From the NCBI RefSeq assembly GCF_021869535.1, contig NW_026262582.1, positions 73,222,001-73,286,000 of the forward strand: DNA of 64,000 nucleotides, read 5' to 3'. A program made the position numbers and the translations under genes. The notes beneath the pieces are model-generated. The model worked only from the letters and a program-made list of their open reading frames with translations. It was not told the DNA's origin and searched no databases. The DNA comes from Mytilus californianus. Lineage: Eukaryota. Positions 25,533 to 35,961 of the stretch are shown here, in pieces (within the stretch, counting starts at the first letter, position 1; the number at the start of each line of letters is the position of its first letter).

Positions 25533-25914
25533 ACGATGTCTGTCTGTTAGAATGAAAGTATACACAAAAGTTTAATTTGTCATTGCAATCCATTTGAGCA
25601 TTGGTTGTCTGTTGTTTGTTTTGAAGAAAAGAGCCATAGTTAGAAATGTAAAATATGTTAAGTATTTGTATGCATCGATTTCATATTTCCTCACTTATCG
25701 ATGACTTAAATGAACGTTGGTAAGCTTAATCTTATGGACATTTCAAAGCAAAATACAATTTATTTTCGACCTCTCTTACAGAGCGGATAAACAGTTTTGT
25801 CAAGGGATAATTAACGTGTCTACCGTGTTCACTATTTAAATTACTATATTCATTATTTAATCTTATTCTAATAAAATTAGATATTAAGGATCGGTTTATA
25901 ACTATCAATACAAA

Positions 25915-26190
25915 AGTTATAATTTTTAATAATTTAATTTGGATGTAACACGTCTTCTGATTGGCTGAGAGAATTTTGTTTATCAGCTCATAGACATAAT
26001 TTTGTCATGTGACCGTGACGTTATCAACGTTTTTTTCATGATTTACTCCTTAAACATGGAATTTAGAATTAAATTATAAGGAATGATTGTAATATTTTTT
26101 CTGTCTATTCGAAATAACAGAAAACATGTGGTGCACACTGTTAAATAACCCGCTACGCGCGTTATTCAGTGTGCACCACATTTTTTATTA
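25915..26190. mobile_element. Short non-autonomous repeat with internal 14-bp hairpin
   Basis: tgtggtgcacactg (26127-26140) pairs perfectly with cagtgtgcaccaca (26167-26180); gattggctga and gtgacgt boxes upstream. Family not assignable by eye. Confidence 0.55.
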
Positions 26191-27113
26191 TCAAATTTGT
26201 TTGTTTCTCCACAATTTCGTCCGTCTCTCCTCGAATATGACAGTACCGAATTTTTACATACATGAGTTACACGACGGAATCCACATCTGAAGCAGGATCT
26301 GCTTACCCTCTAATCTAGAGAAAAGTCATAATATGAAGGATACTTGACTTATCTGTTGTATCATATATTTCAAACTTAATGGGATAGATGTCTCAACATA
26401 GTAACCAAACTTTGATTTTTTTTCCATTTGTCAACTTCCCATTCTCAGCAGTAACATACCTTCTGTCTATCCGTATTGCGTGCGCATATCTTAATTGATA
26501 CGTTACACTCGTGTATCTTTACACTATGCAAACTTTATTAGCTGGGTCGCACCCCAGACACAAAAACTGCGCCAGGACAGTTATGAGGAAAACGACAGAA
26601 ATCGACACTACATTATATTTAGGGTCACCACGATGAATTGGTTAATTGTTACGATATGTCCGTGTCTCAACTTACTACCGACATGTTTTTGTATTTGTAG
26701 ATATCAAAAAAATTGAACGATTTGTAAATCTACCGATTGTTTTCCATTCCTGTGACATTAAGACTGGTTGTATATGGCGGATGGTGCATAAATAGGAGGA
26801 CATGCCTATACTATCGACGCATCCATTCCCTCTTCTTTTTTGGGGATCATGCGATTGATTCAGGGTGTGTTTCCTTAGTTGGTTTGTTTGGTTTGTTGTA
26901 GAGTTCGATCTTTAATGATATGTCTTTCATCCTTTAGTCAGCACTTCTGTGTTGACACAATCTATCATTGAAATGGTCACAATTATAAATTAACTGTTGA
27001 TGAAACCTGGATTTTTCGAAATATAAGGATTTTATACCCGAGGAATATATTACTTTAGCTGTATTTGTCAACCTTCCGGAACTTCGAACTTTATTTTGTC
27101 TTTTTTCTCGAGC

Positions 27114-27153
27114 GCCACTGATGAGTCTTTTGTAGACGAAACGCGCGTCTGGC
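27114..27153 (+). ncRNA. Minimal type-I hammerhead ribozyme (family 1), intact core
   Basis: gcca CTGATGA GTC ttttgta GAC GAAA cgcgcg TC tggc: stem I gcca/tggc, stem II GTC/GAC, palindrome ACGCGCGT, GUC cleavage triplet (C27149). Confidence 0.82.
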
Positions 27154-27250
27154 TTGCACAATTTTAATCCTGGTATATATGATTTGTTTTATTTATGCAG
27201 ATTTCACGTTTTCTTTTCAATTATGGATTTTCATATATTTTGGCGTCGAG

Positions 27251-27292
27251 CATCACTGAGGAGACATATATTGTTGAAATGTGCATCTGATG
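27251..27292 (+). ncRNA. Minimal type-I hammerhead ribozyme (family 2), near-intact
   Basis: catca CTGAGGA GAC atatatt GTT GAAA tgtgca TC tgatg: perfect 5-bp stem I, stem II closed by G-U, AUC triplet (C27287). Confidence 0.7.
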
Positions 27293-27614
27293 CAGTACAC
27301 TTGGTACTGGTAATGTTGTAAACATTACTACGTAAATTTAAAGAAATAACGTGTAATTTATCAAAATATAAAAAGTGAAAGCTAGTTCCGTGTGCTTGCA
27401 TCCATATCAAAAGCCTTTGAACAATCATAATTTTTTGCGGAGATACTTTTCAATTCACAGAACATTTTAAAAAAACGTATAATAAGAACTGATATATTGA
27501 ACTGCTTAACATATTTCATAAAAATAACATGAACTATTTTGCCAAATCTATTTTTTTAATAGTTTTATGGTCATGATGGTGTGAAAAATAGTATTTGCTG
27601 GTTACAATGTTATT

Positions 27615-28375
27615 AATTATAATCATCATCATCGTCAAAAATCTTTTCAAAACCATCATAAGCATCATCATCATCATCATCATCATAAAAATCATTTAAC
27701 AGAATCTTGATTGTTATCGTCATGATTGTTTTTGTCATGATTATTATCATCATGATTATCATCATCATTATTATCATCATTATTATTGTCATTATTGTTA
27801 TCATCATTGTTACATTCATCATTGTTATTGTCATCATTGTTATTGTCATCATTGTTATTGTCATGATTATTGTCATCATTGTTATTGTCATGATTATTGT
27901 CATCATTGTTATTGTCATCATTGTTATTGTCATCATTGTTATTGTCATGATTATTGTCATCATTGTTATTGTCATCATTGTTATTGTCATCATTGTTATT
28001 GTCATGATTATTGTCGTCATTATTATTGTCATCATTGTTATTGTCATCATTGTTATTGTCATCATTGTTATTGTCATGATTATTATTGTCATGATTATTG
28101 TCGTCATTATTATTGTCATCATGATTATTGTCATCATTGTTACTGTCATCATTGTTATTGTCATTATTGTTATCATCATTGTTACTGTCATCATTGTTAT
28201 TGTCATGATTATTGTCATCATTGTTATTGTCATCATTATTATTGTCATCATTGTTATTGCCATCATTGTTATTATCATTATTATTGTCATCATTGTTATC
28301 ATCATGATTATCATCATTGTTATCATCATCATCAGTATCATCATCATCATCATCATTATCAGCAGCAACAGCATC
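27615..28375. repeat. ~760-bp cryptic trinucleotide satellite (ATT/GTT/GTC/ATC/ATG) with higher-order 12-15 nt units
   Basis: Recurrent attgttattgtcatc and attattgtcatg units; source of the Ile/Val/Met/Thr-only ORFs on both strands. Confidence 0.95.
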
Positions 28376-29148
28376 TGAAAGTACGCCTATGAGTATAAAA
28401 TACAGTAACTGGTAGTTAGATATCTAAATATGTTTAACTTCACCATTTGTAATGCATTGAAGCAGGAGGAAATGAAGCACTCTCTGCATGTTATACCTGT
28501 TTGTTATAGTTGACAAATGTTTTCTAGCAGATTTTTTGTATTCAATTATTTTTTTTTTTATGAATATCTTGATAATGCTTACAAGAAAGCTTTTCCACAA
28601 AGTGTTTCAAATTGTTGAAGCCACCCCCTTAAAATATGTGCTGATAACATCAGACTTTGGTTGACCATTATGGAATATCTGTATTACAGATGACCACGAG
28701 TATGTTCCACTCGTCTTTACCACAAATCCGTCTTTTTTTTCCTAGATTGTATCGTAACCGTACGTATTTTTTCTTTCAATGAGTAACACGATGGTGTCAC
28801 ATTCGGGTTTTGATGGATTTTGTGTTGCTCAATGTTTAGTTTTCTGTGTATTGTGTTATTATTATTGTAATATAGGGAGATGTGGTATGATTGCCAATGA
28901 GACAGCTACATAAATATATCAACCAGAAACTAGATGACGTCGACATTGTTTTCTAAGAAAATTTCTGTACCAAGTCAGAAATATGACAGTTGTTTTCCAT
29001 ACGTTCCGTTGGTTGATAAAGTCTAACGTTTGATTTTGTCAGTTTTTATCGACTTCCCCCTTATTGAATTATCTTGGAGTTCGGCATATTTGTTAATATT
29101 TTCTCAACAATTTTGTTGGTCTTGTAAAGGTCTTCTCGGTCATCTGTA

Positions 29149-29369
29149 TACTGTTAACTAACTAATTTTGAAAGCGATTTATTTTTCGCGACTTTCGCGA
29201 GTAGAAAAATAACGCGAATATTAATCGTCGCAAATATGTAAAATTTTGACTTTCCTTATTGAACTACATCAAGTAAATTAGAAAATCGCGAAATCAAATC
29301 GCCGCGAAATGGACTAGAAAGAGATAGACGCGAAATAAAGTATCCGCGAAAATAAGTTGGTTACCAGTA
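29149..29369. mobile_element. TA-flanked MITE with CGCGAA subterminal repeats
   Basis: ta|ctgttaactaacta...aataagttggttaccag|ta imperfect TIRs; many ttcgcg/cgcgaa motifs in mirrored orientation. Confidence 0.7.
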
Positions 29370-29609
29370 TTAATTTAAAGGTAGCACTTTTTTTTTAAGA
29401 AATGTTAATGTAAGTATTAAAATGAAAACATTACACGGAACTGTCCAAGAGGTGACGTCCTATTGTCTTCTAAAGTATATATATATATTTACCTCTTTTT
29501 TGCAATTTTCTCAAATCACGTGCGGAATCACTTGTATTATAATTAAACGATTTTATATTGAATATTTTCTTTTAGAGGTTTATTTGTTCAACATCTTTCA
29601 TGTGTTCAT

Positions 29610-30448
29610 GCAAAAGCAGATAACGTGGCGCATACATCGCGAACATTGAAACACCCAAATGAAGCAATATATAAATGAAGTACGAACTCTGAAAAATTAA
29701 TACAGGTAATCTATATAATGCATATTGTGTTAAATATTTTAACGTTTTTTTTTTTCTTCGGTAAATTAATATATGCATGTTATTGTGATCTATACTCTGA
29801 CTTTGAGATGAAGAACATCAATAAAAGCGCTGTTCCTTTGCTTTTTTGTGTGTTTTTGCTGTGCATGTACTAACTTTGTGTTAGGGATGGATACCATATA
29901 TACTTTGTTTTTCTATCAGTCATAGTTACATGAAGATAATGTCATAAAGGCGCAAGTCACTTATGATATTTATATTAACGAATTAACTCAAATCCGTTGT
30001 TTCATGTTTACGGCGTTAGTTAAAGTAGGTAACATGTACCTAAATGCTTCTTTGCAAGTTAATTTGTATTGACTACACATGAAATATCCTAGCAATTATT
30101 GATTCGAAGCCTAAACGATTTCAGAGTTAAAAGCGGTTTATGTTCAGACAAACATTAAGCAATCCGTTAAAAATGCTTATTAAATATTTTCTGTTCGCAA
30201 TTATATTTTATTTTTATTTCAAAGATGTGCATTATAAGTCGGAGCATGTGACATCAATAGGTTCAAGACCTGTGGTGATTGGACATGGCCAAAAAAAAGA
30301 TGGAGACGTACTTTGCATTTGATAATGAAGGACCAAATGGAACATTGAAGGCGTCACACTATTGTATGTTGTTGCTAGATGATATACATTCAATTCTGTT
30401 AGGTGCACAAACAGAGGATCGCTTGGGAGCTATTTTTGCGAGAAATAA
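29610..30448 (+). pseudogene. C-type lectin pseudogene, exons 3 (29610-29705) and 4 (30225-30448) only
   Basis: Exon 3 ends ATG AAG TAC GAA CTC TGA AAA ATT AAT ACA G|GT, acceptor AG changed to AT. Exon 4 is frameshifted (gtgcattat...ctttgcatttgataatgaaggaccaaatggaaca...gcgagaaataaa); 3' flank matches copy C. Confidence 0.88.
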
Positions 30449-31555
30449 ATCATGACTGCCACTTTTACAAATTTTTACTTTTTATTTTAATGAACTGATT
30501 ATAGTTCAGTCCTTGAAAGTTCTTTTCGGGAGACGTAAGGTTGACCTTGAGTCAAGCTTTGTTCTATACAGTCATTTAACCAGGATCCTGATATACAAAG
30601 GGGTACCAGTTGAGTGTATTGTTTGTGAATAATGATGGATGCCGATTGTATTTTATCTCATAAAATGTGATAAATTGATGCTTGTCGCTGTTTTAAGTGG
30701 AATAATTGTTTGCATTGTCCATTTGTTTGGTTTCTGTTCAGGCGATGCCACCGTTTCGTGTTTAATTAAGGCTAGTCGCGGCGAGTCTGTTGCTAATCCA
30801 TATGAGTATTCTTGTCTATTTTTGAATATATATTTTCATTTTTACTTTTATCTTAAAGGAAAGTTAAGTTCAGGATGTAGTCGTTTCAGATTTAAGAACT
30901 TTTGTCAAATGTTCGGACTCCTTGAGTTTTTTTCCTGCGATACAGGGTAAAATATTTTGCCCAATGTCACCCACTTTGTATTCAAAGAAGACGTCAATAG
31001 CACATACAATATCATTACCAAAATCTAAGCAGATTCTAGATTTCTTTTCTTACTATTTGAGACCAAAATAATGCAAATGCTAAATGTAAGGTTGAAGTTT
31101 ATACAGAGATCATTTATCATATTTGTTGCCCAATAATTTAACAGATTAAATTGTCTAAAGCTTTCCCTCTATGTTTGACTATATTATCATGATTATAAAT
31201 TTCGTCGAACATCTTTCCCCTTTATAGCAATTTGTAAATTTGCATAACCCAAGGTGTTACAATTCTCTTCCTTATTTGTTGTCTTTGTACAATGCAGTTT
31301 TTGGTATTTTTGTCTTGTTTGTTGGTTCGTCTGTGTGCATAACGTGATGTTGTAATTTTATTTTGATTTATGATATTATTTTTCTGTTGTATCATCGAAC
31401 AATTGTTTCTCAAAAGCCTTAAGAATGAAGTTGTTACAGTCTAAGATGCCATGTATTGATAATCTGAGAATGCCTGCGTGATGTCTTATTTGTGCAATAT
31501 TTGAAAGTAGGTGTACAAGTCTACCTCAATTGACGCTCTTATCTTTCTCTGTTAA

Positions 31556-31943
31556 GGATATTCGCTCCTCTGTTACAAAATAACAAGCTTTTTAAAAGAC
31601 TGTTATAAATTGATAGTATATAAATAAAGGTCTAAAAAAGCAGAACAAAATGTAGGGACAATGTGCTCGTTTTCGAGATATAAGCCATTGAAAATTTGGC
31701 GGGAAATGATTCTCTCTAGACTTTTCATCATTTAACATTGTCACCTTTTTTCTTTTAAAAACTATGAAAAATTAACAAGAAGTTTATAAGATTTTCAAAT
31801 ATGGCTTTTTAAACTATATGTAATAAAATTATTAACAAAAAAGTAGGGGTTAGCGGGAAAAAAATTTTAATGGCACTACATGGATAAAACCAGAGGATTA
31901 AGAATATCTGGCAAAAATTCAAAAACAAGAGGAGTGAACATCC
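31556..31943. mobile_element. TTAA-flanked MITE (Kolobok-like), 15-bp TIRs
   Basis: TTAA|GGATATTCGCTCCTC...GAGGAGTGAACATCC|TTAA (13/15 TIR match); homologous to 62611-63001. TTAA TSD with purine-purine ends fits Kolobok better than piggyBac. Confidence 0.75.
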
Positions 31944-32310
31944 TTAATTACAAATATAATTTATAATAATGACTACAAGTGACTTACAACGTTCTTAGTA
32001 ATATGTTTTCAAAATATTCACACTTTTCTTGTCGTCATTAATTAACGCAAACATTAAGTTCGAAAGGTTACATTTAAAACACATTTTACACTGCAAACGG
32101 CGCATATTCAGACAGAATGAGGATTAACAAACACAATCACGAGACGTTTCCAAATGATAAATATTTCCATTTCTTCGTAACGTATCGCACGATAGCGGAA
32201 ACCTAGCCTAAGAACAATATTATCAAAAACCTTTTTGTACATAGCCGAGGAAACATTCATCAATATTAACAAGTTGAGATATAAGAAACGAACATCCTCA
32301 TGTGATGTCA

Positions 32311-32726
32311 AACTAGTAAAAAGGTGTTAGTCTGGAACGTTCATTAACCTTAACATCATCTGAAAAGTCTAAAAAATGAATTATAAAGTCATGTTCAGAC
32401 TTTCAGTCAACTGTCAGAATTCTCAACTGCAATATATAATCAGTTCTGTTCAGACAAATTGTTTGCACTCAATTCAGTACTGTTCAGTAAATTTTGAGAC
32501 AATCACGGTTGTTGTTGGTGTGTACAGGTAAATAACAGCTACTGAAAAGTCTGAACAGAGAATGAACAGATCTTAATTTACTTCAAGCAAATTATCTGAA
32601 CAGTTATGGATTAAACGAAGTGGATAAGCCTCAAAGACTGAAAATGATGTACACATGTATTGTTCAGTCTTTTAAGACCTGTTCAGGTCAAAAAAACCGA
32701 TTCAGATCAAAATAAGTTTACTAGTG
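32311..32726. mobile_element. Non-autonomous TIR element (CACTA/CMC-like ends)
   Basis: aACTAGTAAA...TTTACTAGTG; internal mirrored tgttcag/ctgaaca motifs; same family as 42919-43346. Confidence 0.6.
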
Positions 32727-32848
32727 TAAGAAGATATGTTGACTCTGTTAGACACCTTGACCCCCTCCGCCTTTGCTTTTTCTCCATTAAAGTTACAAGT
32801 ATCGTTTGTTTTGGTCGATTGTATCAAGTTGTATTGCTTTTACATTGC

Positions 32849-32937
32849 TCATCGTTTTATTTTTTTGTTAGCTTTGGCGTTTTTCATGAGTACGCTATGT
32901 ATGATTTTGGACGCAGTCTTCACTGGCGATTTGAGGT
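32849..32937 (-). CDS. Candidate terminal exon of the VWA gene (basic tail)
   Basis: Weak acceptor ctgtttcggtaag|AC gives (H)LKSPVKTASKIIHSVLMKNAKANKKIKR* in the correct phase after a 116-nt intron; no independent support. Confidence 0.35.
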
Positions 32938-33053
32938 CTTACCGAAACAGGTAGATGTGTTTAAACAATTTTTACGTGTATCAGGAAATATAGTATATGA
33001 CTGGATATTCTTACAAAATAGTATTGCTGATGATCAATTCTTAACATACTTAC

Positions 33054-33599
33054 GTTTAGAAATATACTTTCTCACAGCACTTTTAATTAATTTCAAACGT
33101 AGAAATCTGGTCACCCGCAACATTTTCTTTCTGTCACTTGCAAATTTTTTCAACTTATACCTCAATCTTGGCCTTCCTACACCAATTACTTTAACATTAA
33201 TTCCTTCCCTCTTGGCCAAATAAGTCATCAAATGTGTGCGAAATGGTGAGACTGATCGACCATCGGTAACAATGACCATGTGTTTTGACGCGAAAGACCG
33301 TCCTTCCTCTCGCATCATTTTTCGCACGCGTCTAATGCCCAATGCAGTATTAGTTCCTTTTTTTGGATGTCGTAAATTTTTTGCCAACCTTTTCAATAAG
33401 TATTTTGATTTAAATGGTTGTAGGTGAACGATGTCACCTATCGTACTGCTAAATACCACAATACCAACATGCACAGACTTTTTCCCAATTTTGAAATTAT
33501 CTATCATATTAGCCACAACATGTTTTTGTCGTCGGAAGTCCGCATCGGTGATACTGTTAGATCCATCAATTAAAAATACGATGTCCCTAGCAACATTAC
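33054..33599 (-). CDS. von Willebrand factor type A (VWA) domain exon, matrilin/collagen-VI/PTMP-like, strongly basic; 5' exons not identified
   Basis: Acceptor ttttgcag at 33600 and donor GTAAGT at 33053; 546-nt phase 1-1 exon with open frame; DIVFLIDGSNS (MIDAS DxSxS), GTNTALGI (T), IVTDGRS (D), VIGVG. Confidence 0.88.
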
Positions 33600-35429
33600 C
33601 TGCAAAACACAATCCGACTGGTTTTAAGAAGTCAAATCGATAAACAAAGATTATTATCTAGGGTGACACACATTAAGTGGGACTGTTGGTCAAAATGATG
33701 GAGGGAAATTCTTTTCTATATTAAATATTTTTTCTATTCTATAGTTCGTTTTTTTTTTTGTTGACTGTCATTCTCAGTATACTCTCTATCAATTTATACA
33801 TTATTCTAATATTTTTTTTCAAATAAAAAGAAATATAATTTAACCCTGTTTAGCTTCACACCAATGCCACATGAAAGGCGGGATCTGCTTACCCGTCCGG
33901 AGCACCTGAAACCAATCATCCCCGTTTTTAGGGGTTGGTGTTGCTCAGTCATTATTTTTCTATGTTGTGTTTTGTTTATTGTAGTTATGTCTTTTAGTCT
34001 TTTTTTTTGTGCCAGGGTTTGTTTTCTACTAATGAGTTTGAATGTCCATTCTAATATATTTTTTTTTCAAATAAAGAAAAGTAAGTTAACCCTATTTAGC
34101 TTCATTTCAATGCCACATGAGAAGCGGAATCTGCTTACCCGTCCGGAGCACCTGAGATCACCACCAGTTTTCGTTGTGGTTCGTTTTTCTCAGCCTTTAT
34201 TTTTCTATGTTGTGATTGGTTGATTGTTTTTCTGTCAATTGGTTTCTTTTTTGTTGCCATGGCGTTGTCAGTTTGTGTACTACTAATGAGTTTGAATATC
34301 CCTTTGATATCTTTCGCCTCTCTTCAATTATATCTTTACAAAAGTTTCCGAAATGTTTTTGTAAAATTTTGCGTGTGGTCCTATAGTGGTTTTTCTTAGA
34401 TGAAATCTCGTTGTCCGTAGTGTTGGTCTTCACTAGCGCTCAAACACGTAGTTAAGCACAAATCGTACATGTATTACATAAACATTTGATCTTTTCCCAC
34501 TAAACCTGTAGTTTTTAATGAATATTTTTACACTTTGCCCATGCATGATTGTTTTCTAATTGCCACGTGCAGAGGAATGAAATATTCGCACTTTTGTCTT
34601 ATACATGTAGTTAATATGGTCGTAGGGAAAGGATAGCTGAATAAAAGTTGCAAAATAGTCGTCATTTATCGTATGAAAATAAAAATAGTATAAAAAAAAT
34701 ATCGAGATGAGGTATTATTACCAATGAAACAACTACCCACTAGAGACCAAATGACTTAGATGTTAGCAACTTAAACCTCTTTATCGCGTCTGGCGTATAT
34801 ACAAAATTTCAATCCTGGTATCTATGATGAGTTTACTTATATGAAACTTATCAATAAAATATTGAAATAAAAACAGATGCACATTCAAATGTATTTGAAT
34901 AATATCATTGCATCACCAATACTTAAATAAAATGGAAGAAGTCTAAACATTTCGAGAAAGATTTTGTTTGTATTAATTTTAGGACTACCTGAACCTCAAA
35001 GTAAGCTCAAAACAAATAATAGTCAAGGAATTACCTAGATATAATGACTAGAGGAGAAGGAAACAATTAAGTATATTCACTGCTCATCAATAACAAAAAC
35101 ATCGGATTAAAAGTCCACATGAAACAATACATAGTACCTGAGATAGGGGACTCGCATTCGAGTAATAAACTATAAAATATAAATGTTTTTTTCTTGTCTT
35201 GAATTAAAGTTTCTTATATTGTGTTTTGTTTATTTTGTCACAAATCAGGAAAAGCCAACAAGACTATGGCAAATAACGAAAAACGCAGAAAGACCAAGAA
35301 CAATCTACAAATCACTACATAAACAACTAAAGACAGAGCACAATGAACTATACACGGGGGTTCATCTTGTGTACTTTTGAATAAGGTTATCCTTTTCCTC
35401 ACCCGTGGTGTTGATCATTGGATGCATAA

Positions 35430-35770
35430 TTTTCTTTAGATCGGACCTGGGTGTAGGGGGAGGGTTGAGATCTTACATATCAAATTGACCCCCGCTGCAT
35501 TTTTGCGCCTGCCCAAAGTCTGGAACCTCTAGCGTTTGTTAGTCTTGTGTGTTTTATTAATTTTGATTCATTTGTATGTTTCGGAGTTTAGTGTGGCCTC
35601 CATATCGTTGAACTAGTCTATACTATTGATAAGGGGCCAGCTGAAACCCGCCGTCGGGTTCGGGATTTTCGCGCTGCGTTGAAGACCCATTAGCGGACTT
35701 AGGCTCTGTTCTGCTCTTTGGTATGGTTGTTGTCTCTTTAACACATTCCCCGTTTTCATTCTCTATTCTA
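35430..35770 (+). mobile_element. Penelope-like terminal segment (opposite orientation), diverged
   Basis: ggggagggttgagatct...ttttgcgcctg..ggggccagctgaa..gcgttgaagacccatt...acacattccccgttttcattctc = reverse complement of the 14142/23466 segment. Confidence 0.75.
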
Positions 35771-35961
35771 TTAACATATGAGAGTCATTTCGCTTTGGAA
35801 ATGTGCAACTCCTCATAATTATAAAACTTACCGTGTTGATGTGAATTTCGAACAATGAAACATATTAAAACTATAAATAGCAATATCTTCATCTGAAAAA
35901 TAGTCAAAATATAAGTTAGGTGTAAAAACTACAATTTTCATTGTCAGGTAAAAAACAGTAT

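Noticed and set aside
27613-28378. 223-253 aa ORFs of Ile/Val/Met/Thr as membrane or structural proteins
   Set aside because: Pure product of a trinucleotide satellite with no stops in several frames; no splice, start or compositional context.
33034-33612. ORF-track single-exon 192-aa protein starting MCFAG and ending KRKYVKN
   Set aside because: The TTG start lies in the polypyrimidine tract/acceptor and the last codons overlap a GTAAGT donor; the real unit is the 33599-33054 internal exon.
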